The notes: generated from the letters alone by a model not told the origin. Shown: positions 37,955 through 47,049, numbered from the whole stretch's first letter. The stretch is DNA of 63,893 nucleotides, filler included, from Actinomycetota bacterium (GCA_025963875.1; 5 parts of 5 records of this genome joined end to end with filler, not necessarily neighbours in it); one strand, 5' to 3'. Numbers and translations are program-made.

Positions 37955-39436
37955 CTATGCGGGGCCCGGCTCGAGCGACCCGGGCCGGGCCCCCGCCCCG
38001 GGCTGGCCCCGCAGATCCTTGAGGGCCGCCTGCGCTGCCCACCACCCGCACATCCCGTGGACGCCGGCGCCCGGAGGCGTCGACGAGGAGCAGAGGTAGG
38101 CAGGCTGGTCCCGGAGCGGCACGGCGTAGGGATGGGTCGAGAGAACGGGACGGGCGAGGAGCTGGAGCCCCCCGTGGGAGCCGCCGGCGATGTCGCCGCC
38201 CACGTAGTTGCGGTTGTGGGCTTCGATGGCGGCCGGGGCCATGACGTGGCGCTCCAGGATGCGGTCCCGGAACCCCGGGGCGAAGCGCTCGATCTGGGTC
38301 TCCATCGCCGCCGTCATGTCCACGGTCGACCCATTGGGCACATGGCTGTAGGCCCAGAAGGTGTGCCGGCCGGCCGGAGCGCGCGTCTCGTCGAAGAGGC
38401 TCGGCTGGGTGCAGATCACGAAGGGCCGTTCGGGATGCCCGCCCCGGGCCACGTCGGCCTCCGCCGCCGCGATCTCCTCCAGCGTGCCCCCGACGTGCAC
38501 GCTGCCCGCCCGGGCGACCTCCCCGGCCCTCCAGGGGACGGGACCGTCGAGCGCGTAGTCGATCTTGAAGGCCCCGGGGCCGTACCGGAAGCCTTCCAGG
38601 CGTCGCCGGTACCGGTTATCGAGGCGGTCCCCTGCGATGGCCACGAGCTGGCGGGGGGTGAGGTCGAAGAGGACGGTTCGGGCCGGGTGCAGGTCCGCCA
38701 GCGAATCGACAGGGCTGCCCACGACCACCTCACCGCCGAGCGAACGCAGATACGAGACCAGGGCGTCGGCGATCCGCTGCGAGCCCCCGACCGCCATCGG
38801 CCACCCGACGGTGTGCGCGGTCGCTATGAAGGTGAGCCCGAACGACGCCGTCATCGGCGCCCGCAGGTCCAGGATGGCGTGGGCGGCCAGTCCGGCGAAC
38901 AGTGCCCGGGCACGGTCGGTGTCGAACGTATGCCGGGCGAGCATCGTGGCGGGCCACAGCGCGCGGAGCCCGAAGCGGGCCAGGGCGATGGGATGGCGGG
39001 GCACCCGGATCAACGGTCCAAGGATCGAGGCCGAGATCTCGTCCCAGTGGTCGACCAGGGGCCCGGCGAGGCGGCGCCATGCCGGCGCATCTCGGCCGAG
39101 CGACGCCGCCGTCGCCTCGAGGGACCGCTCCAGCACGACGGCGGAGCCGTCGGGCATCGGGTGGGCCGCCGGGGCGTCGGGGTGCCTCCAGGCCAGGCCG
39201 TGCTCGGCAAGGGGCTGGGCGGCGAAGAACGGTGAGGCGACGGCGAGGGGGTGCATCGCGGAGCACACGTCGTGGACAAAACCCGGGAGGGTGAGCTCCT
39301 CCGACCGGGTGCCGCCGCCGGCGCGCTGCTCCGCCTCCAGCACCACCACCGAGCAGCCCGCCCGGGCAAGCGTCACCGCGGCTGCGAGCCCGTTGGGCCC
39401 CGACCCGACCACGACCGCGTCGTAGCGCTCCGTCAC
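37955..39436 (-). CDS. FAD-dependent oxidoreductase, phytoene dehydrogenase-like (COG1233)
   Basis: VVGSGPNGLAAA, GGGTRS, HDVCSA, CSSSTPPGAGVHGMCG. Confidence 0.93.
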   Translation of the reverse strand: MTERYDAVVVGSGPNGLAAAVTLARAGCSVVVLEAEQRAGGGTRSEELTLPGFVHDVCSAMHPLAVASPFFAAQPLAEHGLAWRHPDAPAAHPMPDGSAVVLERSLEATAASLGRDAPAWRRLAGPLVDHWDEISASILGPLIRVPRHPIALARFGLRALWPATMLARHTFDTDRARALFAGLAAHAILDLRAPMTASFGLTFIATAHTVGWPMAVGGSQRIADALVSYLRSLGGEVVVGSPVDSLADLHPARTVLFDLTPRQLVAIAGDRLDNRYRRRLEGFRYGPGAFKIDYALDGPVPWRAGEVARAGSVHVGGTLEEIAAAEADVARGGHPERPFVICTQPSLFDETRAPAGRHTFWAYSHVPNGSTVDMTAAMETQIERFAPGFRDRILERHVMAPAAIEAHNRNYVGGDIAGGSHGGLQLLARPVLSTHPYAVPLRDQPAYLCSSSTPPGAGVHGMCGWWAAQAALKDLRGQPGAGARPGSLEPGPA

Positions 39437-39582
39437 CGATCGCTCCCTTCGTCTCCATCCCGAACCTCGGAATTTTTCGCGTGCATGCACGCGTTTTCTT
39501 CCGGACTTCGCAGGAAGTAGTCGAGGTTGGGCGGGGACTCATTGCGGTTCTGGATCGCCGGCACCTCCTGCGTGCGTTCCAA
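39433..39582 (-). CDS. Putative 49-aa ORF between the attenuator and the oxidoreductase
   Basis: AGGAGGTGG RBS followed by TTG; its stop overlaps the downstream GTG (GTGA). Confidence 0.45.
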   Translation of the reverse strand: MERTQEVPAIQNRNESPPNLDYFLRSPEENACMHAKNSEVRDGDEGSDR

Positions 39583-39604
39583 CCGAACCACCTCCTGAGA
39601 ATGC

Positions 39605-39634
39605 AAAAGGCCGCCCCGGGGTGATGGGGCGGCC
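39605..39634 (-). terminator. Intrinsic terminator (attenuator 3:4 hairpin)
   Basis: GGCCGCCCC-ATCACCCC-GGGGCGGCC followed by TTTTGCATT. Confidence 0.8.
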
Positions 39635-39664
39635 GATGGAAAGGCGTACGAGAAACCAAGGCCG

Positions 39665-39721
39665 CTAGGGCGACCACCAGCTTCCGGGCGTCGTCGTCTC
39701 GTGTGGGAAGGGGGTGCACAT
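39665..39721 (-). CDS. Putative Trp leader peptide MCTPFPHETTTPGSWWSP
   Basis: 18 codons with tandem TGG TGG at 39679-39674, directly before mutually exclusive hairpins. Confidence 0.68.
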   Translation of the reverse strand: MCTPFPHETTTPGSWWSP

Positions 39722-39752
39722 GGTGGCGCAAGGATACCAGGGGAGACGCACC

Positions 39753-41495
39753 CTACCGTGAGCCGGTCAGACCCTTCACCGCCGACTCGACGTCGCTGTA
39801 GACGTGGTCGGCCCCGAGGTCCTGGAGCAGCTCGCTGTGCCGCAGGTCGTGCGGGACCAGCCCCGATGCCCGGGCCACGCCCACGGCGATCCCCCGCCGC
39901 TGCAGGTCCTTCACGGCCTCGTCGAGGGCTCGGGCGCCGGTGAAATCGATGTCCGCCACGCCCGCCGCGTCGAGCACGAAGGCACGCACCGGCTCGGGAG
40001 CCTCGTCGATCAGGTCGCGGATCCGGTGGGTTATGTACTGTGCGTTCCCGAACCACACGGGGGAAAGGGGCAGGTAGACGATGACGCCCGGAACACGCTC
40101 GGAGGGGTGCCCCGCCGTCGAGGGGATCCAGTGGTCGGTCCCCGTCTCCCGCTGCAGCACCGCGTCGCGGGGTCGGGCGGCGAGGCGCGTGCGGTCCACC
40201 AGCGAGAGGACCAGGGCGACGACGATGCCGGGCTCGATGCCGAACAGGGCCACGACGGCAAGGGTGACCATGGTCAGACCGAACTCGACAGTACCGAAGC
40301 GGCGGATCTCCCTCAGGTCGTGCAGATGGAGGAGCCGGGTGGCGACGAAGATGAGGATTGCGCCGAGCGCCGCCTGGGGAAGATTCGTCAGCACCCCCGT
40401 GGCGAAGGCGATGACGGCGATGGTGAGGCCCGCGGCGACCAGGCAGGCCACCTGCGACCTCCCTCCGGACGCAGCCACCACCGCGCTGCGCGGCGGGCTG
40501 GAGTTCACGGGGAATGAGCCGACCAGGCCGGCCAGCACGTTGCCCGCCCCGATACCCACCAGGTCGTTGTCGAGGGCCGCGGCGGCCGCGGCACCGCTAT
40601 CGAGGGAGCGGGCAGTCGCTGCGCTCTGGACGACGCACAGGAAGGCGACCGTGAAGGCGGGGCCCGCCATCCTGGCAACCTGCGAGAGGCCCACCCGAGG
40701 CAGCCCCACCGCCGGCAGCCCTCCGGAGAGCGTCCCGAGCAGCGGGACGCCGTGGTTCTGCAGATGCAGCGCCGATGCAGCCGCTATGGACAGCACGAGC
40801 CCGACGAGGGCCCCCGGGATGCGGCGGTCGATGCCCTCTGCGACCAGTATCACCGCCAGCACCGTCGCCGCCAGTCCCAGGGTCCAGCCGTTGACCTGGT
40901 GCAACTGATGGGCGATGTGGCCCAACCGGTCCACCGTGGAGGACCCTCCCCCCGGTACACCGAGGACCGACGGCAGCTGGCGGACGAGGATCTCGACGGC
41001 GATCCCGGCGAGGATCCCCGTCACGACCGGGGTCGAGATGAAGTCGGCGATCCACCCGAGCTTGAGCAGGCCGGCCAGGAGCAGGATGGCGCCGACGGCG
41101 ATGGCCATCCACGCGACCAGATGCTGGTACTGCGGCGTCCCGACCGCGGCGACCGTGACCACGCCGGCAGCCACCACCGGTGCGATCGTCGAGTCTGCGC
41201 CGACGGACATCTGCCGGCTCCCGCCGAAGACGGCGATCATCAGCGAGCCTGCGATGAAGGCGTAGAGGCCGGTGAGAGCCGGCATGCTGACGAGCCGGGC
41301 CGTGGCCATCTGCTCGGGAACGGCGATGGCCGCCAGCGTGAGCCCGGCGATCACGTCGTCGCTCAGCCATGACGACTGATAGCCCTGGAGCGTGGGGAGC
41401 AGGGGAAGCGTACGGGCGCGCGACGCCCTCAAGGTCTGCGGCCCCCCCAATGGACCATGCGGGAAGCCTACTTCTCCCGGCCCCCGGCACGGCAA
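39753..41495 (-). CDS. SulP family anion transporter with STAS domain
   Basis: DVIAGLTLAAIAVPEQMA, GLY, NSSPPRS, VLDAAGVADIDFTG. Start codon uncertain. Confidence 0.93.
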   Translation of the reverse strand: MPCRGPGEVGFPHGPLGGPQTLRASRARTLPLLPTLQGYQSSWLSDDVIAGLTLAAIAVPEQMATARLVSMPALTGLYAFIAGSLMIAVFGGSRQMSVGADSTIAPVVAAGVVTVAAVGTPQYQHLVAWMAIAVGAILLLAGLLKLGWIADFISTPVVTGILAGIAVEILVRQLPSVLGVPGGGSSTVDRLGHIAHQLHQVNGWTLGLAATVLAVILVAEGIDRRIPGALVGLVLSIAAASALHLQNHGVPLLGTLSGGLPAVGLPRVGLSQVARMAGPAFTVAFLCVVQSAATARSLDSGAAAAAALDNDLVGIGAGNVLAGLVGSFPVNSSPPRSAVVAASGGRSQVACLVAAGLTIAVIAFATGVLTNLPQAALGAILIFVATRLLHLHDLREIRRFGTVEFGLTMVTLAVVALFGIEPGIVVALVLSLVDRTRLAARPRDAVLQRETGTDHWIPSTAGHPSERVPGVIVYLPLSPVWFGNAQYITHRIRDLIDEAPEPVRAFVLDAAGVADIDFTGARALDEAVKDLQRRGIAVGVARASGLVPHDLRHSELLQDLGADHVYSDVESAVKGLTGSR

Positions 41496-41514
41496 CTACG
41501 TTGTTCGCAGGGAA

Positions 41515-41868
41515 CTACCCCGAGGCGATCGCGTCCCCTTCGCCGGCCCCGCCGATCGATTCGTCGAGCCAGTCCTCGAGTTCACCGGGCGAGATCGTCG
41601 ACTTGGAGATCCGGGCCACCTCGGTCCCCTCGCGCATGAGCAGGAACGTCGGCAGCCCGTGGACCTGCATCTCGATGCAGATTCGGCGGGCCTTCGGTGC
41701 CTCGAGCTTCACGACGGCCAGTTCGGGCCGTTCTGCGGCGATGCGCTCGACGTGCGGCATGAGGGCGAGGCAGGGCCGGCAGTCCGGCCCCCACACGTCC
41801 ACGAGTACGAGCCCCTCCGAGACGAGGGAGCGGAACGTCTCACGGGTGGCTTCGACGACGCCTTCCAC
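41515..41868 (-). CDS. Thioredoxin-family protein (WGPDCRPC)
   Basis: DVWGPDCRPCLALMP..RRICIEMQVHGLPTF; RBS GGAGG. Confidence 0.88.
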   Translation of the reverse strand: MEGVVEATRETFRSLVSEGLVLVDVWGPDCRPCLALMPHVERIAAERPELAVVKLEAPKARRICIEMQVHGLPTFLLMREGTEVARISKSTISPGELEDWLDESIGGAGEGDAIASG

Positions 41869-41946
41869 AGTTCCTCCATCGGTGTCTTGAGGTCCGGTCC
41901 GGTAATGGAAGCAAGGTACCACGGAGGTACTTACCCCTTTCCACGG

Positions 41947-41993
41947 AACTTTGCTCCAAAATGCCCGCTTATGGTCACTTTTGGAGCAAGGTT
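41947..41993. repeat. Palindrome TTGCTCCAAAA..TTTTGGAGCAA
   Basis: Related to 15603-15641. Confidence 0.75.
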
Positions 41994-42028
41994 GCTGTCC
42001 GATTTGGCGGCGGAGTACCCGACCAACC

Positions 42029-43603
42029 CTAGGCGGCTGAACGGCCCGACACCGCCTGGAGGACCTCGATCTGACGGGTGCGCAGCCGGTTGGCGGCCAG
42101 GCGGCTGCCGAGACGCCACAGCAGATACCCGTAGATCGCTGCGCCGGCGGCCACCACGACGAGGCCCACCCGCCACGCGGTCAGCGACACGGCCACCGCC
42201 GCCACAACCGGCCCCAGGAGCACCCCGGTGACGGCCATGGCCAGCAGCCCGGTCAGCGCCGTCAGACACCCGGCGTTGTTCCCCCAGAGGTTGGTCGGGG
42301 AGTCTGTCACCGGATAGGGGGCGAGGACGGAGGCCTGGTTGGCGACGCCCAGCGTGACCCCCATCGCCGCGGCCCCCAGGAGCAGGGCGGCCGGGATGTA
42401 AGCCCATCCCCCGCTCAACGCCGCCAGCCCGACCGCCTCCACGGCCACCACGACGGCCCCGGGGACCGCGATCGCCAGGTTCTTGCCCCGGAGGTCGGCG
42501 GCCGGGTCCCCTCCCGCGGCAACGTTCATCCAGAAGGCCGGGCCGTCGAGGCCGAACTGGTTGACCGCCTGCAGGCTCAGGACGAGCACACCTGCGCCCG
42601 CCAGCAGTACGAGCTGCCGGGCCTGTGTGCGGCCCATGACGATCCCCGCCACCGGGAAGGCGAGCAGGATGACCACCGACAGCAGCGAAGCCCGCCGGCG
42701 TGGGTCTCGCCACATGTAGCGCATTTCCTTCGCCGCCACCGCTCCCGTCCTCGTGCGGGGTAGGAAGGAGAGGGGCGGCGAGAACAGGCCCGGCCTCTTC
42801 CGAGCCTGCTTCGCGGTGGCCGGTTCGCTGGTCGTCAGCGCCCGTTGCAGCGCCCAGGCCCACAACCACAGGGCGGCCGCCACTGCGGCGCCGCCGGCGG
42901 CCAGCTCCGCCAGGGCCACCACGAGGTGCCCTGCCCGCGCCTGCAGGACGGCGTGGGCAAGCCAGCCCGAGGGCAGCCAGTAGAGGGCACGGCCCGCCGG
43001 CCCCACGGTGATGGTCCTGTGGTTCGGCGAGACGAGCAGCCTCGGGACGATCTGCCCCGCGATCGCCGGGACCAGGCCGGCGATCGCCAGGACGAACACG
43101 AGGACGTCCCTGCCGCGCCGGGACCGGAGGACGCCGGAGAAGAGCGTCGTCGTCGCCCGGGAGCCGGCGACGCACAGCAGGAGCTCGACCGCGACGAGGG
43201 CACCGATCACGAGGGTGCCCGCCAGACCGGGCCGCAGGCGGATCAGAGTCCCCGACAGGGCCAGCAGCGTTGCGATCGGGCCGAGCCCCACCAGCGAAGC
43301 GGTCATCAGGCCCCGCATGAGCGCCGGCCGATCCAGGGGAAGGAGTGCGAGCCGGGAGGGGTCGAGGGTCTCGTCGGTCCCCATGCCCAGCAGCGGGAGG
43401 AGGAGCCAGCCCAGGAAGAAGGCGTCGAAGACGAGCGGCACCACCAGCACCTGGGAGCGGCTCGCCAGGAGTAGGCCCAGGGCGGCCACCACCAGCCAGA
43501 ACCAGGCGAAGACGCTGAAGCCGATGCCGAGCTTGCGCAGCCAGTTCGACCGCAGCCCGTTGCGCAGCAGCGTCAGCTTCAGCCGGAGGAAGTGCCGAGC
43601 CAT
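42029..43603 (-). CDS. ABC-2 type exporter permease
   Basis: Many TM helices; DETLDPSRLALLP, KEMRYMWRDPR, NQFGLDG. Confidence 0.88.
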   Translation of the reverse strand: MARHFLRLKLTLLRNGLRSNWLRKLGIGFSVFAWFWLVVAALGLLLASRSQVLVVPLVFDAFFLGWLLLPLLGMGTDETLDPSRLALLPLDRPALMRGLMTASLVGLGPIATLLALSGTLIRLRPGLAGTLVIGALVAVELLLCVAGSRATTTLFSGVLRSRRGRDVLVFVLAIAGLVPAIAGQIVPRLLVSPNHRTITVGPAGRALYWLPSGWLAHAVLQARAGHLVVALAELAAGGAAVAAALWLWAWALQRALTTSEPATAKQARKRPGLFSPPLSFLPRTRTGAVAAKEMRYMWRDPRRRASLLSVVILLAFPVAGIVMGRTQARQLVLLAGAGVLVLSLQAVNQFGLDGPAFWMNVAAGGDPAADLRGKNLAIAVPGAVVVAVEAVGLAALSGGWAYIPAALLLGAAAMGVTLGVANQASVLAPYPVTDSPTNLWGNNAGCLTALTGLLAMAVTGVLLGPVVAAVAVSLTAWRVGLVVVAAGAAIYGYLLWRLGSRLAANRLRTRQIEVLQAVSGRSAA

Positions 43604-44379
43604 CCGAAGTCCGAGCCGGACGTCCGCTCGCCGCCGACCAGCCGGACGAACGCGTCCTCGAGGGAGGTCCCCGCCCTGACCTCGTCCGTCGGGCCCTCGG
43701 CCACGAGCCGGCCCTGGTGCATGATCGCCACGCGGTCACAGAGCCGCTCCACCAGCTCCATGACGTGGCTCGAGAACACGACCGTGGCGCCCGACTCGAT
43801 GTGGCGCTCCAGGACCGTCCGGATGCTCCGGGCCGACACCGGGTCCACCGCTTCGAACGGCTCGTCGAGGAAGAGGACCCGCGGTCCGTGGATCAGGGCG
43901 CATGCCAGCCCGATCTTCTTCTTCATGCCGTGGCTGTAGTCGATGACCATGGTTGCCGCCGCATCTGTCAAGCCGAAGATCTCGAGCAGCTCCTGGGAGC
44001 GGTCGGCCACGGTGTCCGCCGGCAAGCCCCGCAGCAGGCCGTTGAAGGTGAGCAGCTCGCTGCCGGTGAGCCGCTCGAAGAGCAGGAGGTCCTCCGGCAG
44101 CACGCCGATGACCGCCTTGGCCCGGACGAGGTTGTGCCACACCTCCGTGCCGTCGACCCAGACGGCCCCCGCATCGGGACGGAGCAGGCCGGTGCACATC
44201 TTGAGGGTCGTCGTCTTCCCCGCCCCGTTCGGCCCGACCAGCCCGAAGAAGGTCGACGCGGGGATGTCCAGGTCCAGGGCCGCCACCGCGACCTTGCCGC
44301 CGTACGCCTTGTGGAGGCCGCGGACCTGCAGGGCGTAACCGCCCGGAGCTTCGACGGGGATGGTCCCTTCCGTGCTCAC
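43579..44379 (-). CDS. ABC transporter ATP-binding protein
   Basis: GPNGAGKTT, YSHGM, FLDEPF, SSH. Confidence 0.95.
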   Translation of the reverse strand: MSTEGTIPVEAPGGYALQVRGLHKAYGGKVAVAALDLDIPASTFFGLVGPNGAGKTTTLKMCTGLLRPDAGAVWVDGTEVWHNLVRAKAVIGVLPEDLLLFERLTGSELLTFNGLLRGLPADTVADRSQELLEIFGLTDAAATMVIDYSHGMKKKIGLACALIHGPRVLFLDEPFEAVDPVSARSIRTVLERHIESGATVVFSSHVMELVERLCDRVAIMHQGRLVAEGPTDEVRAGTSLEDAFVRLVGGERTSGSDFGWLGTSSG

Positions 44380-44414
44380 GGATCCATCCTCGCGTGCCTC
44401 GTCGCCGGGCACCG

Positions 44415-44433
44415 TTTGAGACTGATTCTCAAA
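44415..44433. promoter_or_regulatory. Fur/Zur-family operator-like palindrome
   Basis: TTTGAGACTGATTCTCAAA, between the divergent ABC ATPase and metallothionein genes. Confidence 0.6.
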
Positions 44434-44503
44434 GGTTCTCAGTATGGCGGAATGAGGGTAGGCTCCCGCTGCGCGGTGAGCCAATCAAGTCGAGGAGATG
44501 GCT

Positions 44504-44644
44504 ATGGCAGAGGAGAAGAAGTGTCCGATGGTGGGTTGCAACTGTCCGGTCCCCGAGGGCCAGGAGTACTGCAGCGACTACTGCAAGGAGCACCAGGCCC
44601 ACGGCGGCCACGAGTGCGGCTGCGGCCACGCCGGCTGCCACTGA
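44504..44644 (+). CDS. Bacterial metallothionein (SmtA/BmtA-like), 46 aa
   Basis: GAGGAG RBS; MAEEKKCPMVGCNCPVPEGQEYCSDYCKEHQAHGGHECGCGHAGCH (8 Cys, 5 His; YCS..C and CGHxGC motifs). Missed by the ORF track. Confidence 0.85.
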   Translation: MAEEKKCPMVGCNCPVPEGQEYCSDYCKEHQAHGGHECGCGHAGCH

Positions 44645-44692
44645 CCAAGGGAACAGGCGACACCCAAATCCCTCCACAACGTTCTTCTAGAT

Positions 44693-44741
44693 AGTCTTTG
44701 AGTATAAAGCGGTGTAGAGCACCACTTTATACTCACAGACT
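44693..44741. repeat. 49-bp AT-rich hairpin
   Basis: AGTCTTTGAGTATAAAGCGGTG-TAGAG-CACCACTTTATACTCACAGACT; 22-bp stem with 2 mismatches. Confidence 0.75.
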
Positions 44742-44914
44742 TCAGGCCCCCGGTCGTCGCGAGCAATCCGGCGGCGCTGACCAGGCACCGGTCCGGCGGG
44801 AGGCTCCCGATTGCCATATCGCACTCCCGGTGCGGAGGCCACCCCTCATCTGTATCAGACACCCGCTTGGTGTCTCGAATGAACGGAGGCCAGTGACACC
44901 ACGGAGAGAGAGCC

Positions 44915-45202
44915 ATGAGAAAGACGGAGACTGCATATCGCCGGTGCCCCCACTGCGCCGAGCGGCCCGCCGCCGGCCAACATCTGTGCCCGCTCAACCT
45001 CGAGGCCGATGGCTGCGAGTGCTGCGGTGCCTGCGCCAAGATCTGTTCCGACATCCGCAACCACATCGTGTTGCACACGCCGTCGGTCTTCGTTGACTAC
45101 GGCATGGGAGAGATGCTGGTCACCTACATCGACGAGTCGCCGGAGCCGGGCGCCGAGGACGAGACGGGGGATGGCGCCGGGGACTACGGGCTCTCGGCGT
45201 AG
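44915..45202 (+). CDS. Small Cys-rich putative metal-binding protein
   Basis: CPHC..HLCP..CECCGACAKIC followed by an acidic tail; GA-rich RBS. Confidence 0.65.
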   Translation: MRKTETAYRRCPHCAERPAAGQHLCPLNLEADGCECCGACAKICSDIRNHIVLHTPSVFVDYGMGEMLVTYIDESPEPGAEDETGDGAGDYGLSA

Positions 45203-45236
45203 CGGTTTTTCCTGCGGACCTCTCGGCGGCCCGGCT

Positions 45237-45827
45237 TCAGGAAACCGGCACTCCCCAGATCGGGAACCACCGCTGCAGGTCCTCCTCGACCTTGAGGTCC
45301 TTCTCGAGGATGCCCTTCAGGTGGAGCTCGGCGACGTTGTCACGCTTCTCGCCGCTCGCCGGGATGAAGGGGTAGAACGTCCCGCGCTTGAAGAGGTAGA
45401 CCAGGTAGGCGTGCTGGGGTTTCGGGCTGTCCGGCGTCGACGTGAAGCCGAACACGGTGCACAGGAGCTGCGGCCCGTACCCCGCATCCTCCAGGCCGGA
45501 ATTCACTGCATGGACGTTGGTAACCAGCTCGCCGATGTCCGGCTCGGTGATGATCACCCAGTGGTAGCCGAGCTTGTCGTCGAGTTCCTCCAGCTTGATC
45601 TCCTGCTGCTCCTTCACCATGGTGAGGAGCTGGCTGATGTCGCCCTGGACCTCGGCGAACGAGGCGTCGGTGACCGGCTTGAAGCACACGCCGGCCTGGC
45701 CGGTCGACACGAGGCCCGCTTCGGTCTGCAGCGTGATGGCCGCGCTCGGCAGGCCGAACAGGGCGTCGAGGCGGGCCGGGACCGGCTTGGTCCGCCCCAG
45801 GAGGGCGTCGAAGAACTTCGTCATCAC
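45237..45827 (-). CDS. pspAB: PspA-associated protein PspAB
   Basis: LDALFGLPSAAITL, GYGPQLLC, LVYLFKRGTFYPF, RWFPIW; operon context. Confidence 0.82.
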   Translation of the reverse strand: MMTKFFDALLGRTKPVPARLDALFGLPSAAITLQTEAGLVSTGQAGVCFKPVTDASFAEVQGDISQLLTMVKEQQEIKLEELDDKLGYHWVIITEPDIGELVTNVHAVNSGLEDAGYGPQLLCTVFGFTSTPDSPKPQHAYLVYLFKRGTFYPFIPASGEKRDNVAELHLKGILEKDLKVEEDLQRWFPIWGVPVS

Positions 45828-45835
45828 GCCACCGC

Positions 45836-46756
45836 TTACGCCGGGTGCCGCATCTGCTCTTCGAGGCGGGCAAGCTGCTCCAGGCGCTTCTCGAGCGGCG
45901 GGTGCGTCGAGAACAGCGTGGACAGGCTGAAGCCCTTCGTCAGAGCAGGTGCGAAGAAGAAGGCGTTGAAGGCCTCGGCGCTGCGCAGGTCGCGGGTGGG
46001 GATCTGGCTCATGGCGCCGGTCACCTTGGTGAGGGCCGAGGCCAGGGCCGCCGGGGCGCCGATGAGGATGGCGCCGGAGCGGTCCGCCGAGAGTTCCCGG
46101 TACCGTGACAGCGCCCGGGTGAGCAGGAAGCTGATGGCGTAGACAACGATCGAGATGAGCATGATGGCGAGAACCGCCATCGCCCCGTTGTTGTTGTCGC
46201 GGTCCCGGCCCCCGCCGTACCCGCCGCCGAACATGCCGGCGTAGAGGGTGAACCGGGTGATCAGCCCGGCCAGGACGCCGAGGAAGCTCGCGATGGTCAT
46301 GACGGCCACGTCGCGGTGCGCCACGTGCGAGAGCTCGTGGCTCAGCACAGCCTCCAGCTCCTGGTAGTCGAGCCGGCGCATGATGCCCGAGGTGACGCAG
46401 ACGACGGCGGCCTTGGGGCTGCGCCCGGTCGCGAAGGCGTTGGGGACATCGCTCTCGGCGATGCCGACCTTGGGCTTCGGCATGTCGGCCAGGGCGCAGA
46501 GGCGGTCCACCATCGCATGCAGCTCGGGCGCCTCCTGCTCGGAGACCACCCGGGCGTGCATCGAGAACAGGGCGATCTTGTCGGAGAAGAAATACTGGGC
46601 GAACAGCAGTGCCCCGGCAATGACGATCACGACCCCGTACGAAACGCCGACCGCCAACAGGGCCCCGATGAACACGACGTAGAGCAGGCCGAGGAGGAAG
46701 ATTGTGACCGTCATCCGGGCCGTCAGCCCGGGGTCCTTCGGATACCGTGTGCTCAT
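45836..46756 (-). CDS. htpX: Zinc metalloprotease HtpX
   Basis: PNAFATGR, HELSH, SRYRE..AD, FSTHPP. Confidence 0.95.
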   Translation of the reverse strand: MSTRYPKDPGLTARMTVTIFLLGLLYVVFIGALLAVGVSYGVVIVIAGALLFAQYFFSDKIALFSMHARVVSEQEAPELHAMVDRLCALADMPKPKVGIAESDVPNAFATGRSPKAAVVCVTSGIMRRLDYQELEAVLSHELSHVAHRDVAVMTIASFLGVLAGLITRFTLYAGMFGGGYGGGRDRDNNNGAMAVLAIMLISIVVYAISFLLTRALSRYRELSADRSGAILIGAPAALASALTKVTGAMSQIPTRDLRSAEAFNAFFFAPALTKGFSLSTLFSTHPPLEKRLEQLARLEEQMRHPA

Positions 46757-47049
46757 GACCCTGCGTGCTCCTCTTCCACGAGTGCCTGCTCGTCTTCCAG
46801 AAGTGCCTTTATCTCGGCGAGCGACGAGCTCGGGTCAGGCAGGACCTGATCCGAAGGACGAAAATCGTCGTCACCCAACACGGTGCCATTGCGGCGCACG
46901 TACTCCAGCAGCGAGTCGAGATCCCGGCGGTAGGCCTCCTCGTCTCCGTCGTCGATGTGGCGCCCAAGGGCGTCGTCGAGGCTTGTGAACTCCTCCGCCT
47001 CGACGTTGTCCAGCTCGTACTGCCCGTCACCAAGAACGCGGACGATCAT
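46753..47049 (-). CDS. pspAA: PspA-associated protein PspAA
   Basis: MIVRVLGDGQY..PSD.VLP; operon context. Confidence 0.85.
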   Translation of the reverse strand: MIVRVLGDGQYELDNVEAEEFTSLDDALGRHIDDGDEEAYRRDLDSLLEYVRRNGTVLGDDDFRPSDQVLPDPSSSLAEIKALLEDEQALVEEEHAGS

